This document shows, one piece after another, positions 63,487-64,000 of a stretch of 64,000 nt of DNA (the first letter of the stretch is position 1; each line of letters starts with the position of its first letter). This DNA is from Podarcis liolepis (lineage: Eukaryota). A model generated the notes under the pieces. The model saw only the letters and a program-made list of their open reading frames with translations, had not been told where the DNA came from and did not search any database. The position numbers and the translations under genes are program-made. The stretch is from the NCBI GenBank assembly GCA_965112155.1, contig OZ218102.1, one strand, 5' to 3'.

Positions 63487-64000
63487 TAGTTATCATATAT
63501 ATGCTGTGGGGCAGGGAGGTTTGCATGAATCTAAATGTATGTCATTAAGTGTCCCTCAAACCAAAGGGACAAGCCAATATATGACTTTACTGCACCCCAT
63601 CCACCAAAACAGGCATAGATATTGCTGGGGAACCAGCATTGTAGGTATGTATGATAACTGGACAGTTCCACATTTGTGAGATCCTGTGCTGGTAGAGGCT
63701 AGGAAACAAGGATTCGCAACCACTAAGTTGTCAAACACAGCTTCAGTTTGGTAAAGGATATTTTGCATCAGAGAAGGGCACAGAGAAGAGAGTGCTTCCT
63801 TTGCCACTCACTTTCTTCTCCTTCATGCCAGGGATCCAAAACTGCACTTGTAAGTAACATGGTCGGAAAAATTAAAACATGGGTGGGACTAAGAGACATG
63901 GGGTTATGTCTCTTATCCATGCTGTAAATGGCCTCTTCAAGAGGATTTTTTTAAAGAGCAATAGATCAGAGAATTCCAGGCTGAAGCAAAAAATGCAATT

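Overview
Vertebrate genomic DNA from a squamate, most likely a lacertid lizard (Podarcis-type Sauria SINEs and Squam3-like SINEs throughout). It holds a complete six-exon BNIP3 gene (+ strand, CDS 31594-39284, 206 aa) with a CpG-rich promoter. It also holds the last eight coding exons of PPP2R2D (PP2A B55-delta; - strand, 57519 down to the stop at 46995; the N-terminal exons lie beyond the window). The two genes are tail-to-tail, as in the known JAKMIP3-BNIP3-PPP2R2D block. A GC-rich segment at about 17.4-18.6 kb with several minus-strand splice donors is probably the 5' non-coding end of JAKMIP3; this is inferred from synteny only. The rest is dense in repeats: SINEs, CR1/L2/BovB fragments, hAT and Tc1/mariner MITEs with target-site duplications, a probable solo LTR, a Penelope-like fragment and a decayed Ngaro/DIRS fragment. 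There is a 130-nt assembly gap. Nearly all listed ORFs are spurious. I cannot claim a wholly new system. The best leads are (1) a minimal hammerhead-ribozyme motif in a Penelope tail between the convergent 3' ends, (2) an 80-bp inverted copy of sequence upstream of BNIP3 captured inside a MITE in the BNIP3 3' region, and (3) a U12-type intron in PPP2R2D with a degenerate branch point.
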